This document shows positions 9,129 to 19,466 of a stretch of 64,000 bases of DNA, in pieces (the first letter of the stretch is position 1; each line of letters starts with the position of its first letter). The position numbers and the translations under genes were made by a program. Origin of the DNA: an uncultured Candidatus Poseidoniales archaeon (lineage in GTDB: Archaea; Thermoplasmatota; Poseidoniia; Poseidoniales; Thalassarchaeaceae); assembly GCA_902593945.1 (NCBI GenBank), contig CACJKA010000001.1:19316-83315 (forward strand), written 5' to 3'. The notes below the pieces were generated by a model that had not been told where the DNA came from, made no database searches, and saw nothing but the letters and a program-made list of their open reading frames with translations.

Positions 9129-12100
9129 ATGGTACGAGCATCGAAAACAGTTGGGCCTATGTTAGTTGTGATGTTGATGTTGGTGCTAGATTTGTCAGTA
9201 GGAGTTTCGGCAATTGTACCATCAGAAGAGAACTCAGATATGAATCAAAATTATGGAAATGAAGATTTAACTACATTACTTGATAATGAAATACCAGTAC
9301 TTATCTGCGATGGCGAAATCTGTCCAGAAAAATTTCTAGGAATCGGTTTTCCACCTTGGGATGCAAGTCCTGCAGTTGAAGAACCATACTGGTGGATGAA
9401 TTTTAATACTGATCAAGATTCTAATGGGATGGAAGATAGTCTACAATATATGATAGCAGGACAAAAAGAATCACATTCTGCGACAGCAATTCTAGGTGAT
9501 GATGGCCGTATGACTACAGCGATTATTGTAGGCTATTCATGGCATCCTGGAGAAACTGATCTTCAAGGACTGAGAGATATTTTGGTTAAACATGGATGGG
9601 AAGAAGAAGGATCTTGGTTTTTCCCAGTGGAGTTTATTGATTCCGTGGTCATCGATCATGTCCCAGTTAGTTCACTGGTAGAAATTTGGCAACAGGAGGG
9701 AGTTGTAATGATAGAAGAACAAGATAAAATCGTCTCCTACTTAAGTGTAGCAACAAGAGGTTCTAAAGTTAGAACATCGGATGTTTATGATGAAACTTTG
9801 AGAGATTTTGGATATGATGGTTCGGGCGTAGTTATTGCAGTTTTAGACTCTGGAGTAGATAATGAGCATTTCTCACTAGATGATTTCTCAGACAATAATA
9901 ATGATAATGAAAATGAACCCGACGACCTTTCAGATCCAAAATGGTTAGCAGGGTGTGATGCAACTTCTTGGAATTCTCAAGAATGTAATGATGGCGAATT
10001 TGATCCGGATGATGGAAATGGTCATGGCACACACGTAGCAGGTATTGCATTGGGTACTGGTGATTCTAGAAGAGTTAACCAAGGTTATGCACCAGGTTCC
10101 TATCTTGTTGATGTAAAAGTGATGACTGATTCTGGAGGGAGTGCCGGAGGAGATGAAGGCCCGATAATTAAGGGACTACAATGGGTTCTACAAAATGTAG
10201 ATACTGACTGGGGAAATAATGACTCAAGCGAAGGGATAGATGTAATGACAATGTCGTTTGGAAGCGGTAGTTCTCCAGCGGGAGGAAATGATCAGGGAGA
10301 TGATGGGAATAATTCTGCAGCTAGACTTGTTAATAATTGTGCAGAGGCTGGAATTGTCCCTATTGCAGCGATAGGAAATGATGGGACTAATCGAGTAACA
10401 TCAGTTGGTGCCGCAGATGCATCAATTACTGTTGGAGCAATTGATGATAAAAATACAATTCAACGGAATGACGATGACATAGCTGATTATTCAAATTCAG
10501 GACCAAGAGTAGACGATAATGATGAAAATAAATGGGACGAATTGAAACCTGATGTAGTGGCTCCCGGTTCAGGTATTACATCTGCACAACATGCTACATC
10601 GAGTTCTACAATTCCTGGACAAGATTCTACATCTCTTGCTGATGATGGATATGTAGCAATGGATGGAACTAGTATGTCAACACCTGCAGTTGCAGGATTA
10701 GTTGCAATAATTTTGCAAATAGATGATGAACTAGAACCTCAAGAGGTGAAGGATTTATTGAGGAATAATTCAGAAGTCAGAGGTTCTGCCTCAATGCCAT
10801 CAGTTTCAGACAAATGGAATGAAGATTATGGATTTGGCATTATAGATGGAAACCTAATTCTCCAGGCTATGTTAGGTGATGACACTGGCGGAGGAGGAGA
10901 TCCTGGAAATGGAACCGTAGACCCTCCAGTTGGCGAAGGCACAGGAAATTGGGCAGTTATTGAAAAGCCGAGTGGGTTGTGGCTAATAGAAGGTGAAAGT
11001 TACAGCGTGAGGGGGCATATTAATGAAGCCGGAGAAGAAAATGGAACTACTGAAGAAGTTCAAGTTCGGGTTACATACAAGTACAGACCAACAGGTGGAG
11101 GACCTCTATCTACTGGTGTTTTAGTTGATTGGCATCAGGCTCTTGGAACAATAAACTGGACTACAAACTTTGACATCCCAAATTTTGAAGAAGACGTAGA
11201 TGTAGATGCAGAAACACTTCAAATTGAAGTTAAATCTAGAAATGAATTTGAACAATGGAGTAATACTACCAAGAATACTCATAACCTAGGTATTATTTCT
11301 ATAGAGGTCGAATCTCCAAGCAACCAAGATTTGGTAAGTGGTAACGTCGAAATTAGTGGAAATTTAGAAACCGTGAATGGAGCTCAACTACAGTGGAGAT
11401 TAGGGACTGATGAATGGAAAAATATGACTTACTATTCAGGATCGGGAGCAGAAGAAATACAATGGTCATTACCTTGGAATACTGAGAATACGGATGATGG
11501 GATGCAAAGATTTTCTGTTAGATTCGTTAGCGGTGTTGGTGTTGCTTCGGAAGAGATAAGAATAACCGTCGAAATTGACAACAACCCTCCCTCTCCAGAC
11601 TTGATGTTTAGAACCGGTATTTCAGTTCAGGAATACGGCATCCCAGTCAGCGAAACATACGTTAATACATTTTTAGAAGCAAAAGTTCAGATAAGAAATA
11701 TTGGCGATATTTCAGCAGATGAATTGACTATTCATCTTTTAGAAGATGGATATAGAAAAGATGAGATTATTATACAGAGCCTAGAGAGTGGAGATATAAT
11801 TGAAGTGTCTCTTTCTTGGAATCCATCTACAGTAGGAAATAAACTATTGACTGTTTCTTTGGATCCTCTAGATGACATACAAGAAAATAATGAATCTGAT
11901 AATGATATCTCAATTACGTTCCCAGTCTTGCAAAGGCCACAGGGAATTGATTTAGCTTTCAGAGATGGAGCAGTTAAGACGGAACCATCGATACCTAGGC
12001 CTCAGGAACAATTTCTGATTACAGGTAGAGTAGATAACTTGGGTTCAACTAATGCAATGGGTGTCGATGCAACTCTTTGGCTGAAAAAAGATTTGGGGTG

Positions 12101-13928
12101 GATGGAAGTATCTACCACTACAATATCTCTTGTTGTTGGACAAGGAGCCAGTCAAATTGCATTCGCCTATATCCATGAAGAGGTGGGGCCTCTAGAGATA
12201 AAAATTACAGTCCAAGGTGAAAGTGATTTAGATATGAGCAATAATGAGATAGTTTCTACTATTCTTGTCGATCAGTCTTCATTAAAGTCACCCCGTGGCC
12301 TAACATTTGATTATGGTGAAGAACCTGTGAAAGTGATAGACCTTAACGGAGAAGGTTTGGTCATCACCAGCAAGGATGGAGGATTAGCTCTATATCGATT
12401 GAATTCAAATCTTGCATTAATACCTTGTTCAAATATGCTTGAAACAAAATGGTCGGGAGATTTAACTTCTTGGAGCACCAGTGATGGTTATGCACACATT
12501 GTTTGGACGAGAAGATATATTGATAATCAAGGTTATTTCAAACAAACAATAAGTTACTCAAGAATTGATGCCACATGTGAAATAGCCCCTGTACAAGACT
12601 TGATGCAGCCAATATCACTATCTGATGGTAAATATTTTGGCATAGATATTGATGTTAAAGGAACTGAGATAATTATTGCAGGATACCATCGAGATATCTC
12701 AACAGGAGGTACTTTCAAAGATCTAACTAGCGTATTCCTACTCAGATCAAACTATCCTATCTCTTCCGATGACTGGGATTATACGCCAAACGTGATTGAT
12801 GAAATAGAAATTAGCATGTATGATTCTGATCCAGTCACAGTAGAATTAGGAGAAGAATTTACCCATATATTATATCAATCAAATAGAGATGACATTACTG
12901 GTGAAGAAAGAATAGGATTGTGGTACGCTCACGGAGACAGTCAACAAACCTCTTGGACATATAGGAAGGCTATTGGAGATGAAGCGGGTATGCAAAAGAT
13001 GTCAGTAATTACGCATGAAGATAGAGATTATATCTATTCAGTTTGGAAAGAAGGGACTGATGCTGAATCTAAACTAGTTTCAAAGGTAACTGATTCCACA
13101 ATGACCGTTTTTGAAAATCTCAGTGTCGAAATACCTTCTAAAGGAATTGGTAATATTCAAATGACTGAAACTCACTTAGGAATACAGATTTTTTATGATT
13201 TTGTTGGACCAACGGGCAGTCAAATACAATATGGCATGATAAATCCAATTTTTGGAGAAGAATGGATTGGACTTTCTGATAGAATTACAACTGGAAAAAA
13301 TCATCTTTCTTCAGTTGATAGGAGTCCTCTAAGTGACCAAACAATTATTCTAAGTTGGAATGAAATACATGGCTGGGAGATAAGATCTTTAATCGATGAC
13401 AGTGACCCAGACAGAGGTGAATTAAATTTACTTGACGAAATGAGAATTTATCTAGGACTAGATGAACAGAATTTTGGAATCCTAATGGCGGGGATATCAA
13501 TCATGGTTCTATTACTATGTTTGTTGGTACTTACTACAATGTCACTAAGTGCTGTAAAATGGGTAGGTAGAAAGAGAAGAAAAGTAGCAACTGGAAATAT
13601 TATCTTGGAAGATAATGTAGTAGATATAGTAGAACCAACAGATCTTGAGGTTAAATCCTCGGAGATTGAACTAATCGATGAAAATATAGATGAAAATTCA
13701 AATCTAAGAAGGCAACGAAGAAATAGCCGTAAAATGTCTAATCAATCAGATGAAGTAGTAATGGCGATTCCTCCACAACCTATTGCTTTACCCCCTCCAG
13801 TAGATTCGTTAGAGATGCCACAAATTAATCGGACCATTCTATGCCCTGATTGTTCTGCAAGATTTGAGGTTGCAAGCGGTTTGAAAATGATTAAATGTCC
13901 TATTTGCGAGAATAGAATTTCATTATAG
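9129..13928 (+). CDS. Large secreted, membrane-anchored S8 (subtilisin) peptidase with Ig-like/CARDB-like domains
   Basis: Signal peptide; triad VLDSG, HGTHVAG, GTSMSTP; CARDB-like ENNESDN/DMSNN; C-terminal TM followed by RKRRK and a CPDC...CPIC tail. Confidence 0.9.
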   Translation: MVRASKTVGPMLVVMLMLVLDLSVGVSAIVPSEENSDMNQNYGNEDLTTLLDNEIPVLICDGEICPEKFLGIGFPPWDASPAVEEPYWWMNFNTDQDSNGMEDSLQYMIAGQKESHSATAILGDDGRMTTAIIVGYSWHPGETDLQGLRDILVKHGWEEEGSWFFPVEFIDSVVIDHVPVSSLVEIWQQEGVVMIEEQDKIVSYLSVATRGSKVRTSDVYDETLRDFGYDGSGVVIAVLDSGVDNEHFSLDDFSDNNNDNENEPDDLSDPKWLAGCDATSWNSQECNDGEFDPDDGNGHGTHVAGIALGTGDSRRVNQGYAPGSYLVDVKVMTDSGGSAGGDEGPIIKGLQWVLQNVDTDWGNNDSSEGIDVMTMSFGSGSSPAGGNDQGDDGNNSAARLVNNCAEAGIVPIAAIGNDGTNRVTSVGAADASITVGAIDDKNTIQRNDDDIADYSNSGPRVDDNDENKWDELKPDVVAPGSGITSAQHATSSSTIPGQDSTSLADDGYVAMDGTSMSTPAVAGLVAIILQIDDELEPQEVKDLLRNNSEVRGSASMPSVSDKWNEDYGFGIIDGNLILQAMLGDDTGGGGDPGNGTVDPPVGEGTGNWAVIEKPSGLWLIEGESYSVRGHINEAGEENGTTEEVQVRVTYKYRPTGGGPLSTGVLVDWHQALGTINWTTNFDIPNFEEDVDVDAETLQIEVKSRNEFEQWSNTTKNTHNLGIISIEVESPSNQDLVSGNVEISGNLETVNGAQLQWRLGTDEWKNMTYYSGSGAEEIQWSLPWNTENTDDGMQRFSVRFVSGVGVASEEIRITVEIDNNPPSPDLMFRTGISVQEYGIPVSETYVNTFLEAKVQIRNIGDISADELTIHLLEDGYRKDEIIIQSLESGDIIEVSLSWNPSTVGNKLLTVSLDPLDDIQENNESDNDISITFPVLQRPQGIDLAFRDGAVKTEPSIPRPQEQFLITGRVDNLGSTNAMGVDATLWLKKDLGWMEVSTTTISLVVGQGASQIAFAYIHEEVGPLEIKITVQGESDLDMSNNEIVSTILVDQSSLKSPRGLTFDYGEEPVKVIDLNGEGLVITSKDGGLALYRLNSNLALIPCSNMLETKWSGDLTSWSTSDGYAHIVWTRRYIDNQGYFKQTISYSRIDATCEIAPVQDLMQPISLSDGKYFGIDIDVKGTEIIIAGYHRDISTGGTFKDLTSVFLLRSNYPISSDDWDYTPNVIDEIEISMYDSDPVTVELGEEFTHILYQSNRDDITGEERIGLWYAHGDSQQTSWTYRKAIGDEAGMQKMSVITHEDRDYIYSVWKEGTDAESKLVSKVTDSTMTVFENLSVEIPSKGIGNIQMTETHLGIQIFYDFVGPTGSQIQYGMINPIFGEEWIGLSDRITTGKNHLSSVDRSPLSDQTIILSWNEIHGWEIRSLIDDSDPDRGELNLLDEMRIYLGLDEQNFGILMAGISIMVLLLCLLVLTTMSLSAVKWVGRKRRKVATGNIILEDNVVDIVEPTDLEVKSSEIELIDENIDENSNLRRQRRNSRKMSNQSDEVVMAIPPQPIALPPPVDSLEMPQINRTILCPDCSARFEVASGLKMIKCPICENRISL

Positions 13929-13936
13929 GTGAGATA

Positions 13937-14566
13937 ATGCGAGTATTGCTTGCATCCGCTTCAGAAAGAAGATTGACTTGGTTGAATGATTATTTTGAAA
14001 GTATGGAAGTTGTCTGTAAACCTCTTCTAAGTGAAGAAAAAGGCATAGAAAAAGACAAAAGTGTAGAAAAACAATCAATAGAAATTTGCCTCTCAAAAGC
14101 AGAATCTGCTGCTTTAGAATGGAGTATTATGGACCCGAAAAATCTTGATACCCCTGATATAATAATTGTTTCAGATACATTAGTAGAATCTCCGGGTGAT
14201 GAAAAAATGGCTTTAGGGAAACCTGAAGATAGTTTCATGGCAACTAGTATGTTACTTAGACTGTCGGGGAAAAGGCATAGAGTCTGGTCTTCAACAGCGA
14301 TTCTGGTTCAAAATAATAAGGAATATGAAGAAATATACTCCAAATGGAGGTATAAAATCTGGACCGATTATGCAATCGTTGAATTTGATGAGCTAAGTGA
14401 AGAAGATATAATCAGTTTAGTTGAAAGTAACTCTTGGGTTGGAAAAGCAGGAGGTTATGATTTAGCTGGGCATGCTAGAAAACACACGAAAATCATCGAG
14501 GGAGATGTAGTGACAGTTCTAGGTTTTTCAAAGAAGGCTATAAACGAACTTGAAAGGATTGGCTAA
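13937..14566 (+). CDS. maf: Maf family nucleoside triphosphate pyrophosphatase
   Basis: LLASASERR, SDT, GKP, LSGKRH, KAGGY. Confidence 0.88.
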   Translation: MRVLLASASERRLTWLNDYFESMEVVCKPLLSEEKGIEKDKSVEKQSIEICLSKAESAALEWSIMDPKNLDTPDIIIVSDTLVESPGDEKMALGKPEDSFMATSMLLRLSGKRHRVWSSTAILVQNNKEYEEIYSKWRYKIWTDYAIVEFDELSEEDIISLVESNSWVGKAGGYDLAGHARKHTKIIEGDVVTVLGFSKKAINELERIG

Positions 14567-15060
14567 ACGAAAACTACACCACCAAATTTTAATACAAACT
14601 CTTTTTGAATATCATCAAACCATTCCAACATAGATTTTGAAAAACGAACAGAAATAACTTCCTCATCCATCAACAAATCATCCTGAATTCCTTTGAGAGT
14701 TCCTGGAGCAGCCCCACAAGATACACAAGCTCCATCTAAGTCTAAAATTAGGGACAAAACCCTATTTCCAATATTATTCTCCTCGATTACTGCTGAACTA
14801 ACTAACAACCCCCCTCCATGTCCATCTAGTGCGGCTCGGACCACCCCCAACCTAGACATTAAAGCAGGAATCAAATCTGAATCACTCGATTCAAATAATT
14901 TGACTAGTGATAATTTACTCAATCTTTCTAATTCTTCGGGAGAATGAGCCTCTGAAATACGTCGCATTGCTTCTTCTCTCATTACCTCTTCGATCTGCTT
15001 TCTATATGAGTCTGACAAATCCTCATTAAGAGGTAATTTATTTTCGGAGTGGTCGCTCAT
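14563..15060 (-). CDS. NifU C-terminal (Nfu)-like Fe-S carrier
   Basis: L.GHGGG and LDGACVSCG (Nfu CxxC); divergent from sufCBD. Confidence 0.75.
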   Translation of the reverse strand: MSDHSENKLPLNEDLSDSYRKQIEEVMREEAMRRISEAHSPEELERLSKLSLVKLFESSDSDLIPALMSRLGVVRAALDGHGGGLLVSSAVIEENNIGNRVLSLILDLDGACVSCGAAPGTLKGIQDDLLMDEEVISVRFSKSMLEWFDDIQKEFVLKFGGVVFV

Positions 15061-15183
15061 CAGTTATTGCGAGAATGCTACTTCATTTTAGGGTGACCAA
15101 TGATGACTTTAATCAAATATTGGTATTCAGGTAAGAAGCATTTATTGAAAAGGGGCGACTTACACGAAAGACTAGGGTAGAAT

Positions 15184-15948
15184 ATGTCGGATACTTCTGA
15201 ATTACTAAAAATCCAAGATTTATATGCCTGCATAGGCGAAATTTCTATATTAAAGGGGATTAATTTAGAAATTAAACCTGGAGAAATTCATGCCATCATG
15301 GGAAGAAATGGTAGTGGGAAAACTACAACTGCGAATATCATAATGGGCCATCCTGACTATGAAGTAGAAAAGGGGATTGTTGAACTAAATGGTAAAGACT
15401 TGCTGGAAATGGAAACATGGGAAAGAGCAAGAGAAGGTGTTTTCTTGTCTTTCCAATACCCACAATCAGTTCCTGGGCTTCAAGTTGGCAACTTTCTAAG
15501 AAAATCCGTAGCAGCCATCCTTGGAGAAGAAGCCGCGAAAGGCAAGGAATTTAGGAACAAACTGAAAGAATCTATGAAAGAATTAGACATTCCCTCCTCA
15601 TTTCTTGGAAGATATGTGAATGATGGATTTAGTGGTGGCGAAAAAAAGAGATTTGAGATATTGCAACTCATGCTGATGAAACCAAAATTAGCAATTCTAG
15701 ATGAAACAGATTCGGGATTAGATATTGACGGAATTAGGACTGTAGCTAAAGGGATAAATGCTGCCATTAGAGGTACAGATTCCGGGGCGTTGATAATTAC
15801 ACATTACTCAAGGATTCTTGAACATGTGAAGCCCGACAAAATACATGTCTTAATTTCAGGAAAGATTGTAAAAACTGGAGGTCCTGAGTTGGCCCTAGAA
15901 TTAGAAGAAAAGGGATATGATTGGCTTGAAGAAGATTCAGAAAATTAG
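15184..15948 (+). CDS. sufC: Fe-S cluster assembly ATPase SufC
   Basis: [34 protein letters not shown]. Confidence 0.95.
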   Translation: MSDTSELLKIQDLYACIGEISILKGINLEIKPGEIHAIMGRNGSGKTTTANIIMGHPDYEVEKGIVELNGKDLLEMETWERAREGVFLSFQYPQSVPGLQVGNFLRKSVAAILGEEAAKGKEFRNKLKESMKELDIPSSFLGRYVNDGFSGGEKKRFEILQLMLMKPKLAILDETDSGLDIDGIRTVAKGINAAIRGTDSGALIITHYSRILEHVKPDKIHVLISGKIVKTGGPELALELEEKGYDWLEEDSEN

Positions 15949-15960
15949 GGAGGATTAGAA

Positions 15961-17370
15961 ATGGTAGATGATGATGCAAGAGAAGCAGTAGGAGATTACA
16001 AGGCAGGATGGCATGACCCAGAAAATTCAACTATTCGTTTCGATGCTGGGCTATCAGAGAAAGTTGTTAGAGACATCTCAGAACTAAAAAATGAGCCGGA
16101 ATGGATGACTGATATTAGAGTAAAGGCGTTCAAGCATTTTGATGAAAGACCGATGCCCACTTGGGGTAATATGTCTATGTTAGAAGAGATTGACTTCGAA
16201 TCTATTTGCTATTACCTCAGGTCATCCAAGGCTACAGAAAATGATTGGGAAGATGTCCCAGAAGATATTAGAAACACATTTGATAGATTGGGCATTCCTG
16301 ATGCTGAACAAAAATGGCTCAGTGGAGTCACAGCTCAATATGAGTCAGAAGCAGTTTATCATTCAATAAGAGAAGACCTAGAAAAACAAGGAGTTATTTT
16401 CTTAGATATGGACAGTGGTTTGAGAGAACATGAAGAACTAGTAAAAAAATGGTTTTGCAGTGTAGTTCCTTATTCAGATAATAAGTTTAGTGCGCTAAAT
16501 ACCGCAGTTTGGTCAGGTGGATCTTTCATATATGTTCCAAAAGGAGTTCACGTAGAATTACCAGTACAAGCATATTTCAGGATTAATGCAAAAAATATGG
16601 GTCAATTTGAAAGAACCTTGATTATTGCTGATGAAGGAAGTAGCATACACTATGTTGAAGGTTGTACTGCACCAACCTACTCTACTGACTCATTACACTC
16701 TGCCGTAGTAGAGCTCATAGCATTGCCAGGTGCACACATCAGATACAGTACTGTTCAGAATTGGAGTGCAAACGTGTACAACCTTGTTACAAAAAGAGGT
16801 GTTGCTCATGAAAAGGCAAAAATCGAATGGGTTGATGGAAATATTGGAAGTAAATTAACCATGAAATATCCATCTGTAATTCTCAAAGGAGAAGGATCTC
16901 ATGCAGAAGTAATTTCTGTAGCATATTCCGGTGCTGGACAACATCAAGATGCAGGAGCAAAGATTCATCATTTAGCAAGTAATACAACGAGTAAAATATT
17001 ATCAAAATCAATTAGTAAGGATGGAGGTAGAGGTTCCTACAGAGGACAAGTTACGGTCTCTAAGAAAGCTGAAAATTGTAAACTAAATGTGGTCTGTGAT
17101 GCTCTAATTCTAGATGAAAATAGTAGAAGTGACACATATCCTACAATGGAAGTTGCAAATCCTACTGCTCGTTGTGAACATGAAGCAAGTGTTTCTAAAG
17201 TTAGTGACAATCAATTATTTTATCTTATGAGTAGAGGACATTCGGAAGAAGAAGCATTAGCCCTTATTGTAAATGGATTCTTTGAGCCTTTCACAAGAGA
17301 ACTTCCTATGGAATATGCTGTTGAGTTGAATAAACTAATGGCATTAGAAATGGAAGGAAGTATCGGTTAA
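15961..17370 (+). CDS. sufB: Fe-S cluster assembly protein SufB
   Basis: [43 protein letters not shown]. Confidence 0.96.
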   Translation: MVDDDAREAVGDYKAGWHDPENSTIRFDAGLSEKVVRDISELKNEPEWMTDIRVKAFKHFDERPMPTWGNMSMLEEIDFESICYYLRSSKATENDWEDVPEDIRNTFDRLGIPDAEQKWLSGVTAQYESEAVYHSIREDLEKQGVIFLDMDSGLREHEELVKKWFCSVVPYSDNKFSALNTAVWSGGSFIYVPKGVHVELPVQAYFRINAKNMGQFERTLIIADEGSSIHYVEGCTAPTYSTDSLHSAVVELIALPGAHIRYSTVQNWSANVYNLVTKRGVAHEKAKIEWVDGNIGSKLTMKYPSVILKGEGSHAEVISVAYSGAGQHQDAGAKIHHLASNTTSKILSKSISKDGGRGSYRGQVTVSKKAENCKLNVVCDALILDENSRSDTYPTMEVANPTARCEHEASVSKVSDNQLFYLMSRGHSEEEALALIVNGFFEPFTRELPMEYAVELNKLMALEMEGSIG

Positions 17371-17385
17371 TTGGGGTCTATTAGT

Positions 17386-18492
17386 ATGAAATCTGAAGAT
17401 TTGTACCTATCTATGTGTGAACCAGATAATGCAAATCATCTATGGAGATATTCCCCTTGGAAAAAGGTACATCCTACTGGAAAGGTTAGAGAAATACCAA
17501 CTAATTATTTACATCCTGAGATGAAATTATCACTTCTAGATGGAAGTGAGGCCCCGGATAATTTTAGCGTCATTAAAGAAGACTCTCCAAGTAAAACAAA
17601 TAACTTCAGCGACCCGGTTTCAATGAGTTTCATAGAGTCTGTTTGTCGTGACTCTGAATTTACTTTAAGAGTGAAGAATAATACTGTACTAGAACAACCA
17701 ATTATTTTGAGAATTGATTCAGGTTTATCAAAATCAGCAGTAAATCTGAGTATAGAAGTTGGAAGGCATTGTGAGTTTGAATTAATCACATTGATTGAAG
17801 GAGAGCCAGACTGGTTTGGATTATTACGTAAAGGAAATATTGGAGAAGGTTCGATAATTAATGATGTAGTAGTTGGTCAAATGAAACGTGGGACATTACT
17901 CAGAGTTGATGCAATTAATATTGGTAAAGATTCCCAAGTAAGAGCAGGAAGCATAAGTTCTGGTTCAGATAGAACTAAGGCCGATTTAAGATATATGATG
18001 GATAAAGATGGGAGTAATCTTAGAGTTCTTGGGTCAATATTATCTGCAGAAAAAATGTATATTGATCATCACATTGAGATATATCATGATGCGCCTGAAA
18101 CTTACAGTAGATTAGATTGGCACTCGGCCTGTGGAGGAAAAAGCAGAACTATAGGCACTGGGATGCTAAGAGTATCGAATGGGTCTAAAGGTGCCGATGC
18201 AGGTCAGTTATTTCACAATCTATTACTATCAGATAAGGCCGAAGCTGATAGTATTCCAGAACTAGAGGTTAGTGAGAATGATGTGGTCGGTTGTGGACAT
18301 GGAACTGCTAATGGCCCTATTGATGAAGAACAACTATTCTACTTAGAAGCTAGAGGATTTAGCCCTGACGAGGCAAAAGACTCACTCATAGCGGCTTTTC
18401 TAAATTCTACTCTTTCAGAGATGGGGAGTGATGCCTTACATCATTGGTTAGCAGAAAATTTACAAGATGAATTAAAAACTCTTACAACATAG
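17386..18492 (+). CDS. sufD: SufD-like Fe-S assembly protein
   Basis: WRYS, NLLLSDKAEADSIPELEV, CGHG, QLFYLEARG; follows sufB. Confidence 0.88.
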   Translation: MKSEDLYLSMCEPDNANHLWRYSPWKKVHPTGKVREIPTNYLHPEMKLSLLDGSEAPDNFSVIKEDSPSKTNNFSDPVSMSFIESVCRDSEFTLRVKNNTVLEQPIILRIDSGLSKSAVNLSIEVGRHCEFELITLIEGEPDWFGLLRKGNIGEGSIINDVVVGQMKRGTLLRVDAINIGKDSQVRAGSISSGSDRTKADLRYMMDKDGSNLRVLGSILSAEKMYIDHHIEIYHDAPETYSRLDWHSACGGKSRTIGTGMLRVSNGSKGADAGQLFHNLLLSDKAEADSIPELEVSENDVVGCGHGTANGPIDEEQLFYLEARGFSPDEAKDSLIAAFLNSTLSEMGSDALHHWLAENLQDELKTLTT

Positions 18493-18526
18493 AAACAAAT
18501 TAGAACCTACTTGCTCTAGGAATCTT

Positions 18527-18667
18527 GTGGATTACGACCATTGTAAAGAAATTACTTGCGTCTGTGGTTTCAGAGGATCTGCAATACCAGTTAGGCAGCA
18601 CATGGAATGCCCTAATTGTAGAAGGGTTGTAGAAGCATGCTGTGAGGGGGTTCCAATTTACTCATGA
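18527..18667 (+). CDS. Cys-rich microprotein (46 aa), putative metal-binding
   Basis: GTG start; MDYDHCKEITCVCGFRGSAIPVRQHMECPNCRRVVEACCEGVPIYS; fills the gap between sufD and the next gene. Not in the ORF track. Confidence 0.65.
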   Translation: MDYDHCKEITCVCGFRGSAIPVRQHMECPNCRRVVEACCEGVPIYS

Positions 18668-18716
18668 ACTTTGATTTCAAATGATTTATATCTAAAAATC
18701 ACCTGTGTCGTTCTAC

Positions 18717-19466
18717 ATGTTACCTAATGGACGGAGTGAAAGGACTCGGGAAGAAAGAGTTGGGAAACTTGTTGCATCAATTACTGGAATATATCTAGTC
18801 CTTTTATTTCTTATTCCAATTTTCTTAGTCTCAAATTCGGTACCTGAACTTTCTGGAAGAGCAAACAGGATAGATTATGCTACCGTGGACGGATGGGGGT
18901 CCTGGGGAAATCAAAATAATGGTTTGAATGATGACATTGGACAGAATCAAGAAGAATTTGGTTACTTTAGTTGGACTGAACTAAATCCTGTGGCGGCATT
19001 TGTTTACTCCTTTGGCGATCTAAATTGTCATCAAAAAAGTGAAAGGTCTTGGGAAATAAATGGTAATCAATTAGCAATTTGTGTTAGGGATGTAGGATTA
19101 TTCCTAGGCTTATTTATTGGAGCTCTGTTTTGGAGATCTAAAGGATTGAATAGATGGACGGTTAGAGATTCTTTTCTATCTGTATTCAAAGATGAGCAAA
19201 TTCATTCATTATACATTAAAGATAAGAGGATGTTTGCTATGATATTATTTCTTTCAATTGGTGCATTACCAATAGGTTTTGACGGTTTTTATCAACTATT
19301 AACTGACTATGAATCGACAAATACTATCAGATTGATTACTGGAACTTTAGCTGGATTTGTGCTATCTTGGTGGTTCTGTGCTGCAATAAGCTCAAAAACA
19401 CAAGATTTTACTGATTCAAGTCAAGTCAAACTTCCTGCGAATGCTAGATTAGTATTCAAGGACTAA
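18717..19466 (+). CDS. DUF2085-like membrane protein
   Basis: CHQKSERS...ICVRDVGLFLG and DGFYQ...ESTNTIRLITG motifs; several TM helices. Confidence 0.8.
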   Translation: MLPNGRSERTREERVGKLVASITGIYLVLLFLIPIFLVSNSVPELSGRANRIDYATVDGWGSWGNQNNGLNDDIGQNQEEFGYFSWTELNPVAAFVYSFGDLNCHQKSERSWEINGNQLAICVRDVGLFLGLFIGALFWRSKGLNRWTVRDSFLSVFKDEQIHSLYIKDKRMFAMILFLSIGALPIGFDGFYQLLTDYESTNTIRLITGTLAGFVLSWWFCAAISSKTQDFTDSSQVKLPANARLVFKD

